A stretch of 64,000 nucleotides of DNA. Source: Bacteroidota bacterium. GTDB taxonomy: Bacteria; Bacteroidota; Bacteroidia; Bacteroidales; UBA12481. Under the pieces are notes generated by a model, which was not told the origin of the DNA, did not search any database, and saw only the letters and a list, made by a program, of their open reading frames with translations. The position numbers and the translations under genes were made by a program. Positions 1-9,188 of this stretch are shown here, in pieces. Location of the stretch: NCBI GenBank assembly GCA_034658635.1, contig JAYEFL010000186.1, forward strand, positions 330-64,329, in the 5' to 3' direction. Every line of letters begins with the position of its first letter. The stretch's first letter is position 1.

Positions 1-1179
1 TGCGATGGCTCCTTTAGCTAATTGAACCTCGCGGATATCCTGTGGAGTAAGGGAGAGCTTTGTTTCTTTGAGAAAGAAAACAGGATTTTCAAGATACCCT
101 GATGGATCAAGCTCCTGGTTTTTGAGGAGAGAGGCAATTACATCAATCAATCCTGATCCACATAATCCGACAGGTGGGCTATTTCCAATAGTTTCAAAAT
201 TCCCCTGAGAAAAGCTATGAATGGCTCCGTCAACACCTCCAAGTCCACAAGAAATTTTAGCTCCTTCAAATGCTGGTCCTGCTGCTGTTGCGCAACAAAG
301 TATTCGATTTTTGTTTCCCAGAGCCATTTCACCGTTTGTTCCTATATCCAGAAATAGTGAATAATCTTCATCATCGGGCATTTCTGAGGCGGCTACACCT
401 GCCATAATATCGGCCCCGACATAGGCTGACAATGAAGGGAGGAAGTGGATGCTGGCATTGGGAATGGATTTTAATCCGAGTTCTTCAGAAGAAACTATTT
501 GAAGATTGATAAAAACCGGGTTGAATGGATAGGAGGCAAGCGAAGAAGGATCAACACCTTTCAATATATGCAGCATGCTGGTGTTTCCAGCCAGAGAAAG
601 TTTTGAAATGGCCATTTTGTCAACCCCGTTTTCCTGACATAAAAGTTGAATGCTAAGGTCAAGTTCATTTAGCAGAAGATGCTGGAGTTTTTTCAAGCCT
701 TCGGGTTTCATTGAAAACTGAATACGAGAAATGACATCTGCACCAAATGCTTGCTGCGGGTTCAGGAAGCTTCTTGAGTCAATGTTTTGGTGTTTTTGCA
801 GGTCTTCAAGGAAAACCACTACGGTTGTGGTTCCAATATCAACAGCAATCCCATACCCGGGGTTTTCAAGAGTATTGTATTGAAGATCCAGATCTGGAAA
901 GTAACTTTCAGACTGAATTTTAGCCTCATTTATTTGTGGAATATATACCTCAATATTGCCTTTGACAGAATACTCACAAGCCAGAACTTCTTTCTTATCA
1001 GTAGCATCATTGTTTGGTTCCAGAATTTCAACCTTACACTTGCCACAGGTTCCATGTCCTCCGCAAGGAGCTGCAATATTTATTTGATGCTCATGCAGAA
1101 TATCTAATAAGTTTCCTGCTTCGGGAATAGTGATTTTTAAAGATGATGCTTCGTGGTGAACAAGTACTGAATATGGCAT
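1..1179 (-). CDS. 2Fe-2S ferredoxin domain + ASKHA-fold protein, RACo-like (corrinoid reductive-activase / DUF4445-type); 3' end runs off the window
   Basis: Absent from the ORF track because there is no stop codon inside the window. My translation from the ATG at 1179 reads MPYSVLVHHEASSLKITIPEAGNLLDILHEHQINIAAPCGGHGTCGKCKVEI...GIAVDIGTTTVVVFLEDL...LAGNTSMLHIL...FLDIGTNGEMALG...CCATAAGPAFEGAKISCG, with no in-frame stop down to position 1. It carries a CGGxGxCGKC cluster motif and actin/sugar-kinase-fold phosphate motifs. Confidence 0.75.
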   Translation of the reverse strand, partial: MPYSVLVHHEASSLKITIPEAGNLLDILHEHQINIAAPCGGHGTCGKCKVEILEPNNDATDKKEVLACEYSVKGNIEVYIPQINEAKIQSESYFPDLDLQYNTLENPGYGIAVDIGTTTVVVFLEDLQKHQNIDSRSFLNPQQAFGADVISRIQFSMKPEGLKKLQHLLLNELDLSIQLLCQENGVDKMAISKLSLAGNTSMLHILKGVDPSSLASYPFNPVFINLQIVSSEELGLKSIPNASIHFLPSLSAYVGADIMAGVAASEMPDDEDYSLFLDIGTNGEMALGNKNRILCCATAAGPAFEGAKISCGLGGVDGAIHSFSQGNFETIGNSPPVGLCGSGLIDVIASLLKNQELDPSGYLENPVFFLKETKLSLTPQDIREVQLAKGAIA

Positions 1180-1198
1180 TCGTAAAAGTAAGAAAAAA

Positions 1199-4015
1199 CT
1201 ATTTCAGGGTAAAGCTATAGCCCAGGCTGAATGCTCTGCCGTCTGTATACCTCTCAAAGACATATGATTCTCCGCGATATATGTAGCTTTTATCATGGGA
1301 GGTATTGAGTATGTTTTTAATAGAAAGTTTTATGGCAGACTGCTTGCCGATTTTCTTACTGATATTAAAGTTCAGGCTTGGGAAAGGCTGATCATATACA
1401 TCCGGGGTTCCTCCTTTAACTACCAAATATAATTTTTCACCGCTCACATTAAAGCTTAAGCTGGATCTTAACCCCAGGTCTTTATTGTGGTACTGCAAAA
1501 CAGCATTAAGAATATAGGGTGCTTGTGCGTACATTTCGCGGAAATCACCATGATCGGGATCGGTAGCTCTTATAGAGAGTAACTCAAGGCTGTCTATGCT
1601 AACTTTTGATTGGATAAGTGCAGCATTTAGACTGATACTGAAGTTTTTCAGAGCCGGGATAAAGTCTAAATTTTTCCTGAACTCAGCTTCAATACCTAAG
1701 AGCCTGGCAAAGTCAGCATTTTGAAATGTAATTTCAGCATTTACAGCCTGAGGATTGTCGACTTGTTCTATTGGGTTTGTAAAGTGCTTATAAAAAGCGC
1801 TGAATGAAATCATTTCGCCTGGGGCAAAAAAATACTCATATCTAAGATCCAGATTATCGATCAGGGATCTTTCAAGATCGGGATTTCCAATTTTTCTCCT
1901 CCCTGATAAGAAGTCATAAAATGCGTAAGGAGCTAATTCCCGGAAAACGGGACGGGCAATTGTTCTGGAGGCGGCGAATCTAAGGTTCATATTCTCCTGT
2001 AAAGAATAGCTTAAATTCAAAGAAGGGAGAATATCCTGATTGTTAACATTAGCCTGCTTGTACTTGTAATGATCTTTGCTCACCAGGTTTTCTATAAAAA
2101 TATTGGTGGTCTCTAATCTTACTCCTGTCACCATCCGGAGTTTGTTCAAGATTAGCATATCCACCATTGCATAGGCCGAGGCAACTTCCTGATTTGCGTA
2201 ATAGCTGTTGATTCCCTCTGTATTTTTAGAAGAGTTCACATAAACGCCATAAGTTCCAGCTCCGGAGGCACCTATATTTGAATTGTTCAAATAGTCAGAG
2301 ATGATTCCGTTGTATGATTGATTCTGATCTCTGATATCAAAATTCCTTTCGGATGAATTTCGGGATTTGTACACATAATTTCCACCAAACTGGAATTTAG
2401 CCTTAGCACCCAAGAAGGTAAATGGAAGAGTCCCATCTGTTTTTCCAGTGGCGTTATTCTCACTCATGGTTCTGTAATATCTGGTGGGAACTGTATACAG
2501 GTTAGGACTGATAGAAAAGATGGTATCTCCTGAAGGTGCTAATTTATAGTCATTATTAAAGAAGCGCAGGTCTGGCTCCTTTTGTTGTGTGTGGGTATAG
2601 GATGCTATCCAATCTATTTTCAGTCGTCGGAGGTTTTCAAAGTAGTGTTCTCCTTTAAGCTGAGCATTTGTAAATCCGCGATCGAGATACTGCAGGGTTC
2701 TTTCCTGGATTCTAAGGGCGATATCATCAGAGGGTTTAAGACCTTCCTGATAGCGGGCAGATGACTCACCGCTTTGATTACGCAGAAAATTCAATCCTAT
2801 TTTGTTTGCGTTGTTCAGCTTCAGGCTAGTTCCAAACATGGCACCCCATAAGATTGCCCTGGTTCCTTTTGAGTCGGCCAGTTGTTGAGAAGTATTTAAG
2901 CTTTCAGAGTTACTCCCGATCAGTTGATAAGATCCGGTTTCTCCGTCGTCATAAAATTTGAATTCATTTTTATATGTAATACTGGCAATAAAACCTAAGG
3001 CTTTTTCGCCCAGGAGATACTGATTTCCAAAAGATAAGGAGTGGCTCTGGTCGATCAGTGAAGTTTTCCTGAGAGGAGACATGTTTTTATTGAATGAGCT
3101 GCTAATCATATCGAGGGCAGGATTATCTATGCCTGCATAAGCAGGAATATCTTCTTGGGCAATTGATGGAATATCACGGCTGCCATCATCCATCCCTATC
3201 CAATCCAGTTTTCCTCCCTCATATCCCAAAAAGTCATTTCTTAAATGAACCTGAGGGTTGTATCCTGCTGAAGTAGAAAAGGAAAGACTTAGCTTTTCGG
3301 GAAAATCCCGGGTTGTGATATTAACATATCCTCCGGTGAAATCTCCCGGGAGCATTGGGGAGAAGGTTTTGTACACCACTATGTTCTCAATCAGATTGCT
3401 TGGGAACATATCCATTTGAACTGTATTTTTGTTTGGATCAAGACTGGGAATGTCTGCTCCGTTCAAAGTAGTTTTAGTATATCTGTCGCCCAATCCTCTC
3501 ACATAAACATATTTTCCATTTTCTACTGAAATGCCTGTTACTCTTTTCAGGGCAGCTGCTGCATTGCTATCTCCCAAATCAGACATTTGAGAGGATGATA
3601 TACCATTTATTATGCTTGCAGACCTCCTTTGCATAATCTGCATGGCGGCTTCTGTCTTTTTTCGGAATCTGGCTACAACCTGTACTTCTTCGAGTTGTGT
3701 TGTTGCCTCCGTAAGCCGGGCGTTCAGAATTTGCACTTCACTTTCAATGATCTGGATTTCACTTATTTGCTGTGTTTCGTATGAGATATATGAAACAACA
3801 ACTGCATAGGTGCCGGGCTCCAGGGAGATAGAAAAATTGCCATCAAAATCAGTAATTGATCCACCACCGGTGGCTGGAATTGCCACTGTTGCACCAATCA
3901 GTTCTTCTCCGGTATTACTATCTGTAATTTTGCCCCTTAGGATTCCTTTCTCCTGAGCAGGGGCAAAAATACAGTTCAACAGTAGCAAGGGGATTAACAG
4001 GATTACTTTTTTCAT
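1199..4015 (-). CDS. TonB-dependent outer-membrane receptor with N-terminal carboxypeptidase-regulatory-like domain
   Basis: 938-aa ORF with a signal peptide. It has a CarboxypepD_reg-like N-terminus (ILRGKITDSNTGEELIGATV...DGNFSISLEPGTY) and a plug region (RVTGISVENGKYVYVRGLGDRY), followed by a long beta-barrel-like Y/F/G/N-rich remainder. It overlaps the upstream lipoprotein gene by ATGA. Confidence 0.85.
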   Translation of the reverse strand: MKKVILLIPLLLLNCIFAPAQEKGILRGKITDSNTGEELIGATVAIPATGGGSITDFDGNFSISLEPGTYAVVVSYISYETQQISEIQIIESEVQILNARLTEATTQLEEVQVVARFRKKTEAAMQIMQRRSASIINGISSSQMSDLGDSNAAAALKRVTGISVENGKYVYVRGLGDRYTKTTLNGADIPSLDPNKNTVQMDMFPSNLIENIVVYKTFSPMLPGDFTGGYVNITTRDFPEKLSLSFSTSAGYNPQVHLRNDFLGYEGGKLDWIGMDDGSRDIPSIAQEDIPAYAGIDNPALDMISSSFNKNMSPLRKTSLIDQSHSLSFGNQYLLGEKALGFIASITYKNEFKFYDDGETGSYQLIGSNSESLNTSQQLADSKGTRAILWGAMFGTSLKLNNANKIGLNFLRNQSGESSARYQEGLKPSDDIALRIQERTLQYLDRGFTNAQLKGEHYFENLRRLKIDWIASYTHTQQKEPDLRFFNNDYKLAPSGDTIFSISPNLYTVPTRYYRTMSENNATGKTDGTLPFTFLGAKAKFQFGGNYVYKSRNSSERNFDIRDQNQSYNGIISDYLNNSNIGASGAGTYGVYVNSSKNTEGINSYYANQEVASAYAMVDMLILNKLRMVTGVRLETTNIFIENLVSKDHYKYKQANVNNQDILPSLNLSYSLQENMNLRFAASRTIARPVFRELAPYAFYDFLSGRRKIGNPDLERSLIDNLDLRYEYFFAPGEMISFSAFYKHFTNPIEQVDNPQAVNAEITFQNADFARLLGIEAEFRKNLDFIPALKNFSISLNAALIQSKVSIDSLELLSIRATDPDHGDFREMYAQAPYILNAVLQYHNKDLGLRSSLSFNVSGEKLYLVVKGGTPDVYDQPFPSLNFNISKKIGKQSAIKLSIKNILNTSHDKSYIYRGESYVFERYTDGRAFSLGYSFTLK

Positions 4016-5688
4016 TTTAAAAAGCCAGAGGCATCAAGCAGGGTCCATCCTTTGGCCCAATTAGTTCCGTTTGGATCGAAGGCTCCTTTATAATTTACCT
4101 GAGTAAACCAATCTGCAGGGTAATCTGCCATATTGCTGCTTACATCATTTTGAGGAACCGGATTATCTCCGCTGATCCCCGGATCGGAGACCTGATTTCC
4201 AGCGCTTTCAAAGTAGGCATCGAAGGAAGCTTCATATTCAGCCGGAACTGTGTAGGTGTCTTTGGCAGGAGCTACATTAAAGATGCCAGCTCCGGTACCA
4301 TCTCCAACCTTCCAGAATATATTGTTTGTGATCTCCAGATTTCCATTTTCATATTGTAGATAGCTGTTGTCAGAACCCTCAATGTATTCAATATCAATTC
4401 CTTTTGCTGTTTCTATAAAGATGGAGTTTTTATATTTTCCACCTGCATTATCGCGCATGGTCATCAGTCTGGTACCTGCTTCTGCACCGCGACCCACATA
4501 ACTTACGTTGAAGATTTGAGGGATTGCATAAGGAGTTCCAAATTCATTATCCTTTGGTCCGCCATCATGTTCACCAATTCTATCGCCTACACCAGGGTCT
4601 TGAACTACGAACCAGAATTGTCCTTTTCCGCTGAATCCTTCATCATAATCAAATGAATCGTCATTATTAAATGCGCAGATCATATATCTGGTATTAACAG
4701 TACCTCCAAAAAATTCAACTCCATCATCTTGGTTTGCAAATACTTCTACATATTCGATGATAGTTCCGCTTCCTACTGCTCCTAGTGTTAGTCCGTTGAT
4801 CTCGTTTTCGGCACCAATTAGTGTTCCTGCATGACGAATGGATACATAGCGAATAATTCCGCTATTATCTGCAATATTGGTTCCGCCATATTGACCACGC
4901 GTTTCAGAAGTGGGGATTCCTTCAATTGCCTTATCCAAAGTAGTATTGTTGGTGCTTGATCGTCCGAGAACAATCAGTCCGCCCCAAAGTCCGTTAGTTT
5001 TTGCATCAAGGCTTGAGCCCATTAACTCACCCGGCATGATATTATCAGATTCTGCTGTGAAAATAATTGGAGCATCAGCCCTTCCTTCTGCCATAATTTT
5101 ACCGCCACGAGCCACAATCAGAGCTGTAGCATCTTCTGCCTGGCCTGCTTTACACTTAATAATGGTACCCCCTTCTATTGTCAGTACCTGACCATTGTTT
5201 ACAAACACGAAACCATCCAGAATGTAAACTGTGTCTTTGTGCCAGGTAGTGGTTCCTGTTCCTCCGGCGTTTTTATCGGTAATTAATTTGCTTGGTACCG
5301 GATCTGCTTTGACAGCAATAGTATATGAACTGGTTGCTTGTTTATCAGCCTGATCGGTTAATGTAAAATCAAATACCACTTCATCTCCTTCGTTGAGTAA
5401 GTCTTCTACGGTATAAGAAAAGGTGTACAGAACGTTTTTTTGATCCTCAGTATATGTTTTTGAGGCATAAACTGAATTATTTTTCAAAACCTCAAGAGAG
5501 GCTAGTCCGGCATCAGCAAAGAGATTGACACTAAAAGTTACCTCCTTGCCTTTTGCTTGTTCTGAGTGAGATTCTTCAGGTATGAAATTTATGATGGGAT
5601 CTGCAAATTCTGTTTCTTTACAGGCGCTTATACCCATAATGAGAGCCATGAAGAATATCACTTGTTTGTTGATGTTTTTGTGTTTCAT
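4012..5688 (-). CDS. Surface lipoprotein of unknown function, partner of the TonB-dependent receptor (Ig-like N-domain + beta-helix-like repeats)
   Basis: 558-aa ORF with a lipobox (FFMALIMGISAC). It has recurrent G/D-rich turns (GGTIIKCKAG, NQDDGVEFFGG, NNDDSFDYDEG, GEHDGGPKD) and the C-terminal motif NWAKGWTLLD. It is translationally coupled to the receptor. Confidence 0.6.
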   Translation of the reverse strand: MKHKNINKQVIFFMALIMGISACKETEFADPIINFIPEESHSEQAKGKEVTFSVNLFADAGLASLEVLKNNSVYASKTYTEDQKNVLYTFSYTVEDLLNEGDEVVFDFTLTDQADKQATSSYTIAVKADPVPSKLITDKNAGGTGTTTWHKDTVYILDGFVFVNNGQVLTIEGGTIIKCKAGQAEDATALIVARGGKIMAEGRADAPIIFTAESDNIMPGELMGSSLDAKTNGLWGGLIVLGRSSTNNTTLDKAIEGIPTSETRGQYGGTNIADNSGIIRYVSIRHAGTLIGAENEINGLTLGAVGSGTIIEYVEVFANQDDGVEFFGGTVNTRYMICAFNNDDSFDYDEGFSGKGQFWFVVQDPGVGDRIGEHDGGPKDNEFGTPYAIPQIFNVSYVGRGAEAGTRLMTMRDNAGGKYKNSIFIETAKGIDIEYIEGSDNSYLQYENGNLEITNNIFWKVGDGTGAGIFNVAPAKDTYTVPAEYEASFDAYFESAGNQVSDPGISGDNPVPQNDVSSNMADYPADWFTQVNYKGAFDPNGTNWAKGWTLLDASGFLK

Positions 5689-5841
5689 AATTATTAGTAT
5701 TTTTCCTTAGTATATTTTAATGCAAAAAAATGACTTTGCTCTGACTTGAATACTAAGCTCATGTTATGAGAGTTTTAAGTTTTGGCATAAAAACAAGAGG
5801 ATTGTTAAGATTGATTTAACTAAGACCCGGCAAGGAATTCA

Positions 5842-5849
5842 TATCTTTG
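5842..5849 (+). promoter_or_regulatory. Bacteroidota -7 box (TAnnTTTG) candidate for the HK/RR operon
   Basis: TATCTTTG lies 29 nt upstream of the ATG at 5878. Confidence 0.45.
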
Positions 5850-5877
5850 TTCTAACTCTTCTGGATATTAATAACTT

Positions 5878-6918
5878 ATGAAATCAAGATCACCCAGAGT
5901 TTTGGCTTTTTGGATTGCAGTTCTGATTGCGCTTCTCTTTTTCATGATGGGATTAGGTGTTCATCTGCACTTGTTTCCCCGGAGTGTTTTTGTAGTTACT
6001 ATTGGAAGCCTGTTAGTTTTTGTCTTGATTTACCTGATTCTCTTTTTTGTATTCAGGGATTTTATTTACAACAAGATTCTTCCTATTTACCGGGTGATTC
6101 GCAAATCAGGAAGGCCCGGAAGAAAGGTTAATAAGGCTCTGAATGAAGGGAATCCGATTGAAAAAATTTACAATGAAGTAGACGACTGGGCCAAAACAAA
6201 GAATACGGAAATTGCTCAGCTTAAGGCTAATGCGAAGTTCAGGCAGGAGTTTATCGGGAATGTGAGTCATGAGCTAAAGACTCCGATATTTAATATTCAG
6301 GGCTATATTCTCACTTTGCTGGAAGGTGGACTGGAAGATTCCAAAATCAATCATTTATTTCTTCAAAGGGCAGAAAAGAGTATAGACCGGATGATTCAGA
6401 TTGTTCAGGATTTAGAATATATTGCCAGAATTGAATCAGGTGAGCTGAGTTTGGACTATTCGAATTTTGATTTGGTGCGACTGGTTGAGGAGGTTTTTGA
6501 ATTGCATGAATTGGGTGCCCGGAAAGCAGATATTGAGCTGTTATTGAATCGCCGTAATGAAAAGCCAGTGATGGTGTATGCTGATCGAAAGCGGATTCTG
6601 GCTGTTCTGAGTAACCTTGTGGTGAATGGAATTTCTTATGGTAGAAAAGGTGGTTGGGTTAAGGTGGATTTCATGGATATGGAAAAGCATTTGCTGGTGG
6701 AGGTTTCTGATAATGGGATAAGTATTGCAGAAGCGGATCAAAAGAGAATTTTTGAGCGCTTCTACCGGGTGGATAGAAGTCGTTCTCGTGAGGAGGGAGG
6801 AACCGGACTTGGATTGGCGATTGTTAAGCATTTTGTTGAAGCACACGGGCATGCTATTAATATCAGGTCTGAGAAGGGGGTTGGGACTGCATTTTCGTTT
6901 GCGCTTAATAGGAAATAG
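5878..6918 (+). CDS. Two-component sensor histidine kinase (PhoR/WalK-like)
   Basis: Two N-terminal TM helices, an H-box (GNVSHELKTPIF) and HATPase N/G boxes (VVNGISYG, DNGISI, GGTGLGLAIVK). Confidence 0.85.
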   Translation: MKSRSPRVLAFWIAVLIALLFFMMGLGVHLHLFPRSVFVVTIGSLLVFVLIYLILFFVFRDFIYNKILPIYRVIRKSGRPGRKVNKALNEGNPIEKIYNEVDDWAKTKNTEIAQLKANAKFRQEFIGNVSHELKTPIFNIQGYILTLLEGGLEDSKINHLFLQRAEKSIDRMIQIVQDLEYIARIESGELSLDYSNFDLVRLVEEVFELHELGARKADIELLLNRRNEKPVMVYADRKRILAVLSNLVVNGISYGRKGGWVKVDFMDMEKHLLVEVSDNGISIAEADQKRIFERFYRVDRSRSREEGGTGLGLAIVKHFVEAHGHAINIRSEKGVGTAFSFALNRK

Positions 6919-6952
6919 AAAGTAAAAAATAGAAAATAAGTAAGGGATTAGG

Positions 6953-7645
6953 ATGGAAGAAGTTAAGATTTTATTGGTTGATGATGAGCCTGATATTTTA
7001 GCGTTTATTGGGTATAATCTTGGCAAAGAGGGATATCAGGTTTTTACTGCTTCTAATGGGGTTGAGGCAATTGAGATGGCCCGTTTGCATCTTCCTCAGT
7101 TGATTATTCTTGATGTGATGATGCCGGAGATGGATGGTATTGAAACTTGTGAGGAGATTCGTAAAATACCGAATTTATCGAAGGTGATGATTGCATTTTT
7201 AACTGCACGTGGGGAAGATTATTCTCAAATTGCTGGATTTGAGGCGGGTGCAGATGATTATATTGCCAAGCCAATCAAGCCAAAAGTTTTAATTAGTCGG
7301 GTAAGAGCATTACTTAAGCGCTATCGCCCTGAGCAGCCTGAAGATCATAAAAGTGTTAGTCAGATTATCGAGCTTGGGAATCTTATAATTGACCGTGAAA
7401 GATATCTGGTTATGCGCAATCAGCAAGAATTAAGTCTGCCGAAAAAGGAGTTTGAATTACTTAGTTTATTGGCTTCAAAGCCAGAAAAAGTATTTACCAG
7501 AGATGAGATTTATCTGGTTATCTGGGGTAGTGATGTTATTGTTGGTGATAGAACTATTGATGTTCATATCAGGAAGCTCAGGGAAAAGATCGGAGAAGAG
7601 CATATAAAAACCATTAAAGGTGTTGGGTATAAATTCCTGATGTAA
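6953..7645 (+). CDS. OmpR/PhoB-family response regulator
   Basis: Receiver domain (LLVDDEPDI, ILDVMMPEMDG, AKPIKPK) plus a winged-helix C-terminus (RTIDVHIRKLREKI...IKTIKGVGYKF). Confidence 0.9.
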   Translation: MEEVKILLVDDEPDILAFIGYNLGKEGYQVFTASNGVEAIEMARLHLPQLIILDVMMPEMDGIETCEEIRKIPNLSKVMIAFLTARGEDYSQIAGFEAGADDYIAKPIKPKVLISRVRALLKRYRPEQPEDHKSVSQIIELGNLIIDRERYLVMRNQQELSLPKKEFELLSLLASKPEKVFTRDEIYLVIWGSDVIVGDRTIDVHIRKLREKIGEEHIKTIKGVGYKFLM

Positions 7646-7662
7646 AAAGCTGAAGGTAAGTG

Positions 7663-7686
7663 AGCCCGGGGGGCTTTGTTTTTTCT
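7663..7686. terminator. Small GC hairpin + T-run between convergent RR and rpoN
   Basis: AGCCC-ggg-GGGCT followed by ttgtttttt. It sits in the 39-nt gap between the stop codons at 7645 (+) and 7685 (-). Confidence 0.5.
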
Positions 7687-9145
7687 ATAATTCTTTTCTC
7701 AGTCGGGCAACCGGGAGATTTAACTGCTCGCGATACTTAGCAACTGTGCGTCTGGCAATCTGATAACCTTTATCTTTAAGAATGTCAGCCAGCTTGTCGT
7801 CTGTCATTGGTTTTTGTTTATTCTCACCTGAGATACACTCCTGCAGAATTTTTTTAATTTCACGGGTAGATACTTCCTCTCCGGTATCTGTCTGCAATCC
7901 TTCAGAAAAGAAATATTTCAGTGGGAATATGCCAAAATATGCCTGAATATACTTTGAGTTTGCTACTCTTGAGATGGTGGAGATATCCAGATTGGTTTTT
8001 TCAGCTATATCTTTCAGGATCATTGGTTTGAGATAGGCTTCATCACCTGTTTCAAAATATGCTCTTTGATACTCCATGATGGCATTCATAGTGAGTATCA
8101 AAGTATGTTGCCTTTGTTGAAGAGCATCAATGAACCATTTAGCTGAGTCGATTTTTTGTTTAACGTAAGAGGCTGCCTCCTTTTTTTCTTTTGATTGTTT
8201 CTTGCGCTCTTTATTGTAAGCCATGAGCATGTTGGCATATGTTTGATTAATTCGCAGATCAGGAGCATTTCTGGAATTAAGGCTCAATTCGAGTTTACCG
8301 TCAATTTCTTCAAGAATAAAATCTGGAATAATATGAGCGGTAGTTTTTGCCATTGGGTCGCTATAAGCCCCTCCTGGTTTGGGGTTTAGCCTGATGATTT
8401 CAGCGATCGCATTTTTCAGTGCTTCATTGTCAATATTCAGCCTGTTTTGGATCTTGTCGTAGTGTTTACGTGTAAACTCGTCGAAATGATGCTGGATAAT
8501 TTTCCTTGACAGCTTGATGCTGTCAGTTGTGCGTCCTCCAGCAATAATTCGGTCAATCTGGATAAGTAAACATTCTTGCAGACTGCGTGCACCAACACCT
8601 GGAGGATCAAACTCCTGAATCATCCTGAGGATATTGAAAAGTTCTTCCTCTGTTGTGGTTATATTCATTGAAAATGCAAGATCATCTACAATGTTCTCAA
8701 GATCTCGTCTGAGGTATCCATCATCATCAATATTGCCCAATATATAGTGACCTAAAGCCAGCCTGTCGTCTTCCAGACCTCTCAGTCCCATCTGATTGGC
8801 AAGATTTTCTCTGAAAGAAACTCCTACAGAAAAAGGAATTTCAGCGGTTCTGTCATCATCTTTGCTGTAGTTTTTTGCTTTTAAGCGGTAGCTTGGAGTT
8901 TCATCATCCTGGAGGTAATCTTCAAACGAGAATTCTTCTTTTTCAGACTCTGAGACATCCAGCTGATCATCTCCATCATAATCAGGATCTTCTTCACGAC
9001 CTTCTTCCAGAATAGGGTTTTCTTCGAGTTCCTTTTTAATTCTTTGCTCAAGTTGCATAGTTGGAACCTCCAGCAGTTTGATCAACTGAATTTGCTGTGG
9101 CGAAAGCTTTTGCAGTTGCTTAAGATGCAGACCTTGTTTCAGCAT
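7685..9145 (-). CDS. rpoN: RNA polymerase sigma-54 factor
   Basis: Gln/Leu-rich N-terminus, an acidic region, a C-terminal HTH and the RpoN box (ARRTVAKYR). Confidence 0.95.
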   Translation of the reverse strand: MLKQGLHLKQLQKLSPQQIQLIKLLEVPTMQLEQRIKKELEENPILEEGREEDPDYDGDDQLDVSESEKEEFSFEDYLQDDETPSYRLKAKNYSKDDDRTAEIPFSVGVSFRENLANQMGLRGLEDDRLALGHYILGNIDDDGYLRRDLENIVDDLAFSMNITTTEEELFNILRMIQEFDPPGVGARSLQECLLIQIDRIIAGGRTTDSIKLSRKIIQHHFDEFTRKHYDKIQNRLNIDNEALKNAIAEIIRLNPKPGGAYSDPMAKTTAHIIPDFILEEIDGKLELSLNSRNAPDLRINQTYANMLMAYNKERKKQSKEKKEAASYVKQKIDSAKWFIDALQQRQHTLILTMNAIMEYQRAYFETGDEAYLKPMILKDIAEKTNLDISTISRVANSKYIQAYFGIFPLKYFFSEGLQTDTGEEVSTREIKKILQECISGENKQKPMTDDKLADILKDKGYQIARRTVAKYREQLNLPVARLRKEL

Positions 9146-9188
9146 TGTTCCAGACTTTATGTTCTCAGATGCAATTTAATCAAAATTG

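Noticed and set aside
6541-7026. Long antisense ORFs in the track: 6541..7026(-) 161 aa, 17756..18190(-) 144 aa, 21391..21873(+) 160 aa, 22305..22829(+) 174 aa and 33027..33383(+) 118 aa.
   Set aside because: Each lies entirely opposite a well-supported gene (histidine kinase/RR, rnr, amidohydrolase, arginase-fold gene). Their translations are low-complexity and rich in S/L/R/F/I, with no recognisable motif and no promoter box. They are typical shadow ORFs of a codon-biased gene.
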